A stretch of DNA of 64,000 nt from Podarcis tiliguerta (Eukaryota), in assembly GCA_965153285.1 (NCBI GenBank), contig OZ229113.1; one strand, written 5' to 3'. Position 1 is the first letter of the stretch; every line of letters begins with the position of its first letter. Both the position numbers and the translations under genes were made by a program. Below the pieces are notes generated by a model. That model had not been told where the DNA came from, ran no database searches, and saw nothing but the letters and a program-made list of their open reading frames with translations. Below are positions 44,501 to 55,559 of the stretch, piece after piece.

Positions 44501-47500
44501 CATTGGAAAACAAAAAAATAAAGGACCACCGAAATGAGGAAGAGCGGGAGAAAAAAGAGATATTGATGAAGGACAACAAACTTCATTTAAATGGCAATGC
44601 AGAAGTGACAGTGAAGGGTCTCAGTAACCTGGGGAATACCTGTTTCTTTAATGCAGTTCTGCAGGTATGGTGGAGATTCCTAGCAATTCCTAGATTCCTG
44701 ATCTCCCCCCACCCCCATTTGTGCTGAAGTAGCAACAGGAGCTTCATTGCTTACCAGTTCTGTTTCTTGACAAATATCAAGTTGCAAGCTCTTATCTTTT
44801 AAATCCCTGTATAGCCAGTATGATGAAATGTATTATCCTGAATGCATTTGTCTGATTGCTGGGGAACAAAACCTCTTAGGGTAGGCTTTGTCCTGAATGC
44901 TAATAGCGTGAGGTGGAGAAGTGGGAAAATTTTTGTGGGAAAATGATTGTCATTTTTCTTGCTGACAATCTTGTTCTCTGCCTTTATTTGAATAAATTGT
45001 GTCTCAAAAGGATTTTGAACATAAGGAAATGTTTCTAGGTATGACAGTGAGTTCCCAAACGTGTTAATCATTGACTCTAAAAAAAATTCCCTGCAGAACT
45101 TATCACAAACACCAGTTCTGAGAGAGCTGCTAAAGGAGGTTAAAATGCCGGACTTGGCAGTTACACTTGAACCACCAGAATTCTCAATAACGGTATGTTA
45201 GCTGTTGTTTTATGGTGTATTAAAATTTTTAAGAGGTGGATTTAAGCAAGCTTTACCAAAAAGCCTGTGTCTGAATTTTGGGGATGGCCAGGTCAGTTAA
45301 TGCAGTTGCCTGCTTCAGATGCAATGGCTTAGTGCTATATGAATAAGCCCCAGGCTCATTTACTACCTCATCCTGCTCCTGTGTTATAATGTCGATATCA
45401 GAAGCTTTCATTTCAGTTTCTAGCTAACCACAGTTGAGCATCATGTCCAAGCCTGAACAGATGTGTTTAGCCTTAATTAGTTTCAGAAAGCAAACCAGCT
45501 TCCACCACTGAAGACTCTCCTTTTCAGGCAGGTGTTATGAAATTCACATGGTTATTCTTCAGGCCAGGCACCCATGATAGCTCCTTTTCAACCCCTTGAC
45601 CCATATCCCAGGCATTTTCTTTCCTCATGGTTCCCTGACCCTCATGACTAGCAGTGTGAAGGAGAGGGGCAGAAATTCCCATTGTGTGACAATTCTTTTG
45701 CAAGTGCCGCACTGGATACAGGCTACAAAATTTAGAAAAATAAACATTTTGTTGAGGGCAATCCAGATGTTTTTCTATATTGCTTCAAATGAATGAATGG
45801 CAAATTACTTTTTCAAATGTATGTAATACAAATGCTCTTTTTGTGTGATGTTCAGGAACCCATGGTAGTTACACTTGATCAGCCAAGACCTCTTACACTA
45901 GCCATGTGTCAGTTTCTGACAGAAATGCAAGAGACTAAAAAAGGAACTGTGACCCCCAAAGAACTCTTCTCTCAGATCTGTAAAAAGTGAGTATCTGCCT
46001 GAGTTGTAATGTTAATATTGAAAAGCTTACATAAAACAGTGAATTGCATATATTGGTTGGTCTGTAGAGCAATTTGATTGGGTTAAGGCATTTTAGGTTG
46101 TATTTCTTCCTGTACATCATGAGATGTTAGCATTGTCTTATAAATACTTGAAGCTGAAAACAGGCTTCGTGTCCACATGTCTCAGTTTCAGTCCTGATTA
46201 GTTTATGCCACAGTGACCAAGAAAAGGCCTACAGATTATGGTTTGCTGGGAATGAAACAAATCACAACCCCTGGTTTGGACATAACCCCAAGCCAGGGAT
46301 CATGGCTTGTTCCCTCACCCATGATTGGGAGGAGCAAAGCAACCAAGATCACCACATTCATGGTAAACCATTACCAAGGCCAGGGGTATCGATTTCCAGT
46401 TAGACATGCAAAGGATTGTGCTGTACATTATTCTGCTGTACATTATTTAAGAACATGTTTGATCTGTATGATAACTGCCAAAATTATGTAAGGAACAATA
46501 AAATGAAACCAGGAAGTTTCTTTTTTATAACTTCCTAGAATAATGTAAAAAACAAAAGGAGAGCTGTTAAGTGATGTGAGCCTTTGTTTTTCCCTACCAA
46601 GTTATTTCCCCACTTTTAAAATGTTTCTATGTCCTTACTGTAATATTTTAAATTTAAATCTTTGTCCTTTATGTTGTTATATTTAACAGAGCTATACGAT
46701 TTAAAGGTTATCAACAGCAAGACAGCCAGGAACTGCTTCGCTATTTATTAGATGGGATGCGAACAGAAGAAATCCAGGTAACTATCTAGTACAGAATGTC
46801 TGCAGCCTGGAACTCCCTGTCCTCTTAGTGCACAAAGAGCATTGAGGAGAATGGTGGGGCAGAACAAAGGTTAAGTGGGTGGTTCAGCCCCACCGTGCCG
46901 TCCACTGCTGCTTGCTGGGAAAGGTGTCTGTGCTTAGTTCTGAGTAAATATGCATGAAATTGGGCTGTCACAGAATCAGAAATGTAAAAATATGTGTATA
47001 TTAATTATAATGGAGAGTATTTATTTCATGACACCTTTCAGTATTGGCAAATGTGCCCATAGGCCCCAAACGCTTGGAAACCCCTGCTTTATACTACAGG
47101 AATATGTAGAGTAGCTATCTGTTTTGACTGTTAAGGTGGTGATTAAACTTGATGTTTAGTAGAATAAACAACAACAGAAATGTTTAGCTTTGTTACAATT
47201 TACAATTATATTTATTTCTAGCGTATTTCTGCTGGAATTTTTAAGGCACTGAATAATTCTACTGATAAAGAAAATGAAGAACTAAAAAAGAAAATCAAAG
47301 GTAATAACTTCTATCACTTCCTCACCTTGGGCATTGTTTCTGTATTAATTTTGGTATCCAAAGAGTTGCATATGAAACATATGCACATTCTGTCCTATCA
47401 CAACCACAAAAAAGGCTGCTGAGGATTCTCCAGAAAAGGATGTGATAAGTGCCAGGGGAAATTATTGGGGAAATTAATTTTCTTCCTGCCTTATGTGCAT

Positions 47501-50500
47501 GCAGAGGTGCTTTCCACTCACACCAGATCCTTGTTGATAAATAAATAACTGAAAGTTGCATCAAAATTGCTTGGCAGTCGAAAGCACTTTCAAAAGCAGG
47601 TTGTGATATGGGGAAGTGGGGCTGTTTCATGTGTTTAATAATTCCAGTGGACGTGAGCAAATGCTTTTGGATCTTTTTTGATTCCAACCCATCTTTCCAA
47701 TGGAGAAAGAAAAACAATAATTAATATATAGAATGTTCACTGTGCCATTGGGAACTATTCTTCAACTCCATTTCACTTCTCCTTTCCTAAGGAGCTATAA
47801 TGTCTTCATGATGCTCATTGGTTGGGAGTGGGGGTATCATCTTGTTCAACTCAGTGTAGCTCTTCATACAATAACATCTTCAGATCAAGATAAAGTTTTA
47901 ATGTTTTCTCTTAATATTTCAGAGTATGAAAAGGGAAAGGTGACCCTGAGCTTTGTGGACCGTATTTTTGGTGGAGAATTAACAAGCACAATAATGTGTG
48001 AGGAGTGCCAAACTGTAAGTGGCTTTCCTTTTTGATATAACCTAAATAGCTTATAAATTTGGTGGCAAGCAGAATGACACAAAGGCTCTCTTTGCTGTTG
48101 CTGACTTGAGATTTCTATAATGACCTACATCCCAGACACTCCTTTTGATGGGGGAATGAAGTGTGCATGAGTATATCCTATAGTTCTACAAGTGTTCTTG
48201 CAGAACTGGAAATCTTATAAGCTGGAGGAGCTGCTGTATAAGATTTCCAGTCACCTACTGGCTTTTACTTGTAATTCCAAAAAATGTTGGTATTTACATT
48301 CAGGCAAAAGAATAGAGCGATAATAGCAGCCCAGTCTGCTTTTGTATCTTGCTTTCCTACTTTCAAGAATGGGACTTCTCATCCTTCTTTGGCACCTACT
48401 CTTAGCTTTGAGCACACTCTCTCACTCCTCGAAGCTGGGGATTATTTTTCAATAAACTTATTTTCACATAACTGAAGATATAATGGTTGTTCTTAAACCC
48501 AGGCGATTTTTCTAATACTATGATAAAATGTGTATTTCAGATTTCGTTAGTGCACGAGTCATTCCTTGATTTGTCACTCCCTGTCTTAAATGAGGTAAGA
48601 TCAGATTGCTTTTGTTTTTAGGCTGTTGTGCTCATGGAATGACTTTGTGCATCAAAACTTCCCTTCCCTCTGTTTCCCCCACATGCTTCCCACAACTCCC
48701 CCAGCCCTCCAGAGCAGATGGTGGGGGGTTCAGCGAGAGGAGTGGGAGGAGAACTTCAATTGTGCAAACAGAAGTCATTCTACAGTTGGTATCCTTGTGC
48801 TCACAGAAGAGCTTTTGTTAAAAGAAGAGGAAGGGAAGCAATTTTTGCCAATTCCTCCTCCAGCCCCAAGAATCCCCTGAAAATCATTTCCAAAAAGCAG
48901 GAGACCCTCCAGAACAGCATGGAAGATAGCATAGGATTGCAGAAGAGAGAATAATATGAAATTGATTTCTATCTTCAGTAGCAGAGGCATCCACTGGATG
49001 AAGGTTCTGCATATATGAGGAGAGGGGTTGCTGATTCCCCCTACCCATCAGCATAGGTGTACTTCAAGGGATATGCTTCGAGAAAGTCTTCCATTTTTTT
49101 AGGGGTGGGGTGGGACAGTGAAGTGTGCAGTAAGAGAATTTCCAAAATCAGGCATGCAGCTGTACAAATTTATATGTATACTACCATTTATTACATTTTA
49201 TGGGTGCTTGCTCTCAAGCCCATCACTTATATGGGGTTCCTAAAAAGCTAATGGAGTAAACCATTCCTCCCTGCTAAAGCAGTAGGGACGAGGATCCTTT
49301 ACCCCTCAAGAAATTGTCCAACTCCCATAAGCCCAGCTGGTGGTCAGAAATGTAGTCCAGCAACATCGGCAGCAGTGCTTGGCATACTGGTTTCTCCTGC
49401 CTTCATCAGTGAGATAGTATGTAAAGCAAAGCCACCCATTGTTCTTAAATTTGTTGTGAAGAGTAGAAATATCCAGCTGAATATTCCCTTTTCCCCCATC
49501 CTGTTTTCCTTTGTTCATTTGATGTGCCAGTCTCAACCCAAATATTGGGCTTGACGTCCCACCATGTCTCTGAACGGTTTATCGCTTTCTTTTTAAGGGT
49601 GGCAAGAAAAAACCCAGTAATAATAATAATAATGTTAGAAAGATGCAGGAAAAAGAGATTGAAGATGATGAAGACAACACTGGGAATGATTGTTATTTCA
49701 AGGAGAGAGAGGAGACTCCTGGTACAAGTAAGCATCTCCTGAAAAAGGCAAAGAAAATGGCCAAAAAGCAATCAAAGGTTAGTAGAGTAGCAAAGCAGAA
49801 AGCAGTTCTGTACACTTACCTCTTAAATACGGACGGTTGAAGAGTTGTTACTAGTACTGCACTGAGCATTGTAGGGTTTTGGTAGGGGAGTTAAGAAAGC
49901 CCTCCCCCCCCCCCCCCATTCTCCTACTCTTGTGCAGTTGCTTACTCCTGTTTTACACAGGCTGTGTTTTTCTCCCATCTCCTACTGTTTGCGCATCTGT
50001 TTAACTGGTAAAGACTTCATCACTGCAGAATCACATGACAGTCGCGGATCACCTAACAAACATATTACGCTGCAATGTAGCCATATAACTGATAGTGAAC
50101 ACAGGCCTCTTACTGCTCTTATTCTGAATAGAATAGAAGGTATGCATCCCTGTTGCCCAGGCATTAAGGCCAGTGCTCTATCTTGCCAGATTGCACTGGC
50201 TGTTTCATTGCTCATCTGGACTCATTTTCACCTCAGTCCAGTTTTTAAAGTTGAGCATATGTGACTAAATGCATATATTTGTACTGCATTACTTTCCGAT
50301 AGGCATCCCCATCCACATTCTGTCTCTGCTAACCAAGTGCTGAGAGAGCATTGGCATTATTCTAGGCAACATGGCAAATTGTCAAGGAGATTGTTAAGTT
50401 GTAAAATGGTGGAATATGTGCTCTTAAAACAGCAGTGAGGACCACCCTTGTTCAGCTTCCATTAGCCTTGGCCAGAATGGCCAGTGATGAAGGATGATGG

Positions 50501-53500
50501 GGGGGGGGTAGCCAAGCATTAGTAGAGCCACAGGTTCCCATCCCTGTCTTAGGTGCTTCCTTCCCACAAATTGTTGTAAATCCCTTATTTTTACCTGTTG
50601 TTTTAAGTTCCTTTGGCTGAACTACCAAACTATTTCATCTACACCAGATTATGGTTTGGCCTTAAGTTTGAAGACAGCCTTACTGCTTACAGCTCGTAAG
50701 AGCATCTATATGTAAATTAACTTGGAAGCTCAGTTTATACCAAACTTAAATGCCGTATCGTTTTATATATCTCTATGCAGCACAAATTAGGATAATTGTC
50801 CTTTTGGTACCCTTAATTTCTTGTATTTCCTTTGACAGAACCAACGCCGCCAGCAAAAAATGCAAGAAAAGGTAATCCCACTAACAGATATCTGTGCCAC
50901 TGAAAAAATGGAAGGTGATCATGATTGCAGCAGTGAAGCTGTAGGAAATGATTCTGAGGGTACCAGCCTAAAACAAGACGAGGAGTCATGTAACCCGTGT
51001 GAAGAGCAGTGCATGGATCAGACAGAGAGTATGAATGAGCAAGAGGGAACAACTGAAGTACAGAATGAAAATACAGGAAGTTCTGACCAAGAGGCAAACA
51101 ATGACGCCACAATGGCTGTTACCACAGAAGGCTTGGTTTCTGCTGTACAGTGTATTAATAAACGTGACAATCTGCCTGCCAAACATGATAGTCTTGATGA
51201 AGATGAGGATATTACCAATGGCTTTAACAAATTATCCTTGGATGAAGAGCCTAGCGACGATTCAGAAAGCTTGAATGATCTTCACGATTCTGAGACAAAA
51301 ATGTATGAAGTAGTAAATGAGGATCCAGAAACAGCATTTTGTACCCTTGCAAACAGAGAAGCTATGAACACAGAAGAAGGTTCAGTGCTTCATTGCTTGT
51401 ATCAGTTCACTCATAATGAGAAACTTTGTGAGAACAATAAACTGCTGTGTGATGTATGCACACAGAGGCAAGTTTGTGGACCAAAGACCTCTGGAAAAAG
51501 TATGCTCTTAAATATTTTCTTACCATGTCAGCCTAGCATATATGACTTCACAGGGAGGGAAGTTGGAAGTGCGTGTATAGCTGTTATAAAGGCATAGACA
51601 ACTGCATGTAGTAGTGTCCTAAGTAATCCTAGAGAATTGGAGATAGTCGTTTAGAGTGAGTATACAATTTGGCTGAAGTTGTATTTTTGAAAACTAATCA
51701 CATGGTGACAAAACTGAATGGGAGTAGCAGCTTTGGTATTTGTTTATTCAAAAACAGTTGTTTTCCAGATGTTTTGGACCACAGTTCCCAAGCTTCCAGC
51801 TTGGACTGATGGGAGCTGTAGTCAAAAACATCTTCAAGGTACAAAGTTGGTAAAGGCTGGTATACATTAATTTGTTTGTATTTTGAGTGTTACAAATTTA
51901 TAAAGGTCATTGTGAAAAGCTCTATTAAGCATCAGCTCAGAATCGGAGTAGCATAAATTGAGCTCTTTTCAGTCAAAGCAGTCAAAGTTTTAGCATGCCT
52001 GAAGTCTCAAATTATGTGATCCGTTATATTGCATTAGAACAATTCCATGACGGCATTCTTTAAAATCTAATAAATCATTTTTTTTCTTTTGTTCTGCAGA
52101 TGTCAAGAAACATGTATACACTAATGCCAAAAAACAAATGCTTATTTCTCTCGCTCCTCCAATTCTAACGCTTCATTTAAAAAGATTTCAACAGGTATAA
52201 ATGTTTCTGTAAAATAAGTTTTAAGTCCTTGCCTTCATCACTGTAAGCAGCATTGCTAACAGGAAAATGCTCGAGAGAGAAACTGGGAAAATTCTTATTG
52301 CCATATTACAAGTATATTTGAGCTATAAAAGAAATAATTTAAATTTATAAGAATTCTTGTCTTGAAGATCAGAAGCTTTGTTCTTAAATCACTAGATTGT
52401 GTCATTTTTATACATTTTATTTGCCACTGTCTCTGCTATCCTTCTAGACTGGATATAATCTCCAAAAAGTGAACAAGCACATAAAATTTCCTGAAGTAAT
52501 GGACTTGGCTCCTTTCTGCTCAGTTAAGTGTAAGGTAAGCAAAGAGAAAGTCTATTTAAATTTCCACCATTTTTCTCATGCAGAACAGCTTTAAAAAGTC
52601 AGCCACACAAGTTTAACTTGTGCACATAAAATCTTGTGTGTATCCAGTAAAAGAGATGCTTACTATGTGTATGTATTCAAAACCTGATAGCAGCCTGTGC
52701 TTTTCATATATCTGATCCTACCTTTCTACAGAACTTTCTCCCTCCTTCCAATCCCAAATATCCATTTGTTTCTTGAAGCATCCCAGTGGAAACAGCCATC
52801 ATTGTCTCAAACTCAGTACATCAAAGACCCAACCTCTTTCCTCTGAAACCCACCCCTCATAATTTCTGGCTTCTGCCTTCCCTTGAGTGCCCCAGTGTGG
52901 CCTCAAAGTAAGCAGCCTAATGTGATGAGGGTGACTGGTTTGGAATAACCGTATTTCTCTTCTGGCCATCATGCTGTCCTGGGAAATGCTGTCTCTTTTT
53001 TTCTAGATCTGACTCATTTAATTGTGAGCTCTATGAAAACAAGTTATTCTAGTTCCCCCATATACTAGATAGCCCATAGACACTGCTGTTGGGGTAAGAT
53101 GATCCCCTGGTATTCCCTAAGTCCTGGACCACTAGGCTTCTATCAGCACCTAAAATAAACACTTTGCCCTGTTCAAATACATGCTACTGAACATTCTTAA
53201 GGCTCACCCACACCACTTTCTGTTTTTGATAGCCATGTTGCTCACTGGGGAAAGATGGGTCTGAGCACAAAACATGTCATGGCCTAACTGTACTGGCTAC
53301 CAATTTGCTTCTGGGCCTAATTCAAATTGCTGGTTTTGACCTATGAAGTCTTAAGGAGCTCAGGGCTGTACTACATCAGACTGCCTCTCCCCCCATGAAC
53401 CAACCTGAGCCCTACGCTCTCACCTGAGGTTCTTTTCTCTGTGGGTGATAACACATGAATGGGCTTTTGCAGTGGTGCCCCCTTTGCCCAAGGAGGTATG

Positions 53501-54261
53501 CTTAGCATCATCACCCTTTTTTTAGATGCCAGGCAAAAATATAGGTTATTGACCAAGGCCTTTGATTGTAATTTTAGTGGGGTGGGATCTATTTAGATAT
53601 GATTTGTGTATTTGGGGCTGTTTTATCCTCTAATTTTTAGTCTCATTCTTAGCCAAATTGTTTTATTATTCACCTTTTTCTATATTTTTGTTTGAATTGC
53701 TCCTTTTATTAATAGATAAATGTTGCCCCTTATAGTGTTTCCTGTTTATTAGCTGAGCTTGGTTATAATGAAAAGATAATTGTATACTAGTGCGGAAGAA
53801 CGACCAAACGTTACGATTTTTGTGATGCATTATAAAATCAACCTTCTTGAAGTATTTTGGATTCCTTGTTTTCACAGAATGTTGTAGAGGGCAGCTCAAG
53901 AGTATTGTACTCTTTGTATGGTATTGTTGAACATAGTGGCACTATGAGATCTGGTCACTATACTGCCTATGTGAAGACGAGAGCTACTAACAACCAACTT
54001 TCTGATCTTGTCCTCCATGGCAAGATTGGACAAAGTAAGTTGCACCAGTGTTTTTACCCTAGATGACCAATGTAAAATTACTTTCTTGCCATATTACTGG
54101 AATTTAATGACACACACCTTTTGTTTTTCTGTTCAGCTTCAGAGACTGAATCATCCAAAGGACAATGGTTTCATATTAGTGATACACATGTGCAAGCAGT
54201 GCCTCTAGCCAAAGTGCTGAATTCACAAGCATATCTTCTATTCTATGAAAGACTACTGTAA
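41530..54261 (+). CDS. USP16: Ubiquitin carboxyl-terminal hydrolase 16, 17 coding exons, 827 aa
   Basis: ZnF-UBP domain (CKHLRKG...CQDC...WLCLKCGH|[15 protein letters not shown]), Cys box [16 protein letters not shown], His box [18 protein letters not shown]-terminus [11 protein letters not shown]. Exons: 41530-41590, 42685-42866, 43060-43163, 44137-44240, 44477-44664, 45097-45192, 45856-45986, 46690-46777, 47222-47300, 47923-48014, 48541-48594, 49598-49777, 50839-51499, 52100-52194, 52448-52534, 53878-54034, 54137-54261. Total 2484 nt, phases consistent. Confidence 0.96.
41652..41708. repeat. Perfect 27-bp tandem duplication
   Basis: AGTTTATACTCTTATTTCCTTGGCAGA x2. Confidence 0.9.
53270..53600 (+). 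mobile_element. Degenerate L2 LINE fragment
   Basis: CTGTACTGGCTACCAATT...TTCAAATTGCTGGTTTTGACCTATGAAG (L.WLPI...FKLLVLTY-like). Confidence 0.5.
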
Positions 54262-54436
54262 ATGAGCCATTTTCTTTTACAGCTGATTTGAAACCAAGGA
54301 AAGTTGCACCCAAAAAAAAAAAAAAAAAAAAAGCTATCATGTTCAATTAACTTAATATTCCATGTTCAATTAACCTGATACTCGATCTACACTGGTTTTG
54401 TCTTACCCACATCTGAATAGAACTTACATGCTTTTA

Positions 54437-54449
54437 AATAAAAAATAAA
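54437..54449 (+). terminator. Candidate USP16 polyadenylation signals (two AATAAA)
   Basis: AATAAA at 54437-54442 and 54444-54449, about 180 nt after the stop, followed by T-rich sequence. Confidence 0.5.
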
Positions 54450-55382
54450 TGTTTTATCTAACATGAATTTAAATGACATTTTTACCTCTTTTACGAACAT
54501 TCTAGTGCTACATGGATGCAGAAGTAGGGCTCTTGTTCTCTTAAAAGTAGGCACAACTTTTTGCCGAGGGCCACATGTAACTAAGGCTATTAATACACAT
54601 GCACCCATTTACTTCCCAACAGCAACAGAGAACAGTGTTGGAAGCAGTGGAAGGAGGAATCGGGAGCAGTAGAAGTTAAAAGGTGCTCTTAATGTCCCTG
54701 TACTAGGTATAGGAACACATTTTTTGCCTACCTGTGCCTTAAAGGCTTAGACCGCAATACAGAGCTACAGATGTCTTCTAATGCAACTTGGGAATGTGCC
54801 AAATGAAGTTACCTATTCAGCTTGTTGAAACATGATGACTTATAGCCACTAGGAGAGAGGAACATAACTGGCCATGGATATGTTTTCTATGAAGGGTGGT
54901 GGCAGGATGTATATAGTATTTGTGGAGCCTAGAAGAGAAACCAATTTGCAGGAATTCCTTGTGGAAAAAAAATGGTTGGCTTAATTGGCAGTCTAGTCTC
55001 CCATTACCCCACATGTAAATAGATTTACCCCACGTAGGATTAGAACCTAAGTAGGAAAAAACTGGGCTTAGATAGATGAGAACAGCAAACAATCCACTGT
55101 GACATATTGCTAGGACAAGGTATTCTATCCAAGACTGTTCCATTGAAAGAAGGTGACTTCCTGCAGGAAGTCAATTCCAGAATCTTTCCTGGTTTTAATT
55201 GGATAGCAGGCCAATGGCAGAGGTGGTCATTTGTTGAGTGGACTGTAAACCTGTTATCGTGATGTCCATTAATTTCAGTGGGTCTGCTTTGAGTATGACT
55301 AACATTAGATACAGTCCTATCTTTCTGTAATATTGAATAGGATTTATTACCACATTCAGAACAATTTTTTACTGAAACAGTT

Positions 55383-55388
55383 TTTATT
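55383..55388 (-). terminator. Candidate CCT8 polyadenylation signal
   Basis: Minus-strand AATAAA about 95 nt after the TGA. A second copy lies at 55343-55348. Confidence 0.55.
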
Positions 55389-55481
55389 GAAATGGTACAA
55401 GACAAGCTAAGTCTCATAATTTAACGGTGAGTAACATATATGACAAGATACACAACTCCTTAAGTAGTACTCTGAAAGTGT

Positions 55482-55559
55482 TCAATCACTGTGGTCATCA
55501 TCCAATTCCTTCTTTCCTGTTGGTGGTTTGGGGCCACCAGCTGGTTTTGCCATGATGAT
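55482..55559 (-). CDS. CCT8: CCT8 canonical terminal coding exon IIMAKPAGGPKPPTGKKELDDDHSD*
   Basis: Acceptor ctaacaactacttttgcttgcag with a CTAAC branch point. Resembles the mammalian tail IIMAKPAGGPKPPSGKKDWDDDQND (from memory). Minus-strand AATAAA at 55383-55388. Confidence 0.92.
   Translation of the reverse strand: MIMAKPAGGPKPPTGKKELDDDHSD

Noticed and set aside
49616-49633. (AAT)5 poly-Asn in the USP16 exon at 49598-49777
   Set aside because: Short in-frame microsatellite in a low-complexity insertion region, unremarkable.
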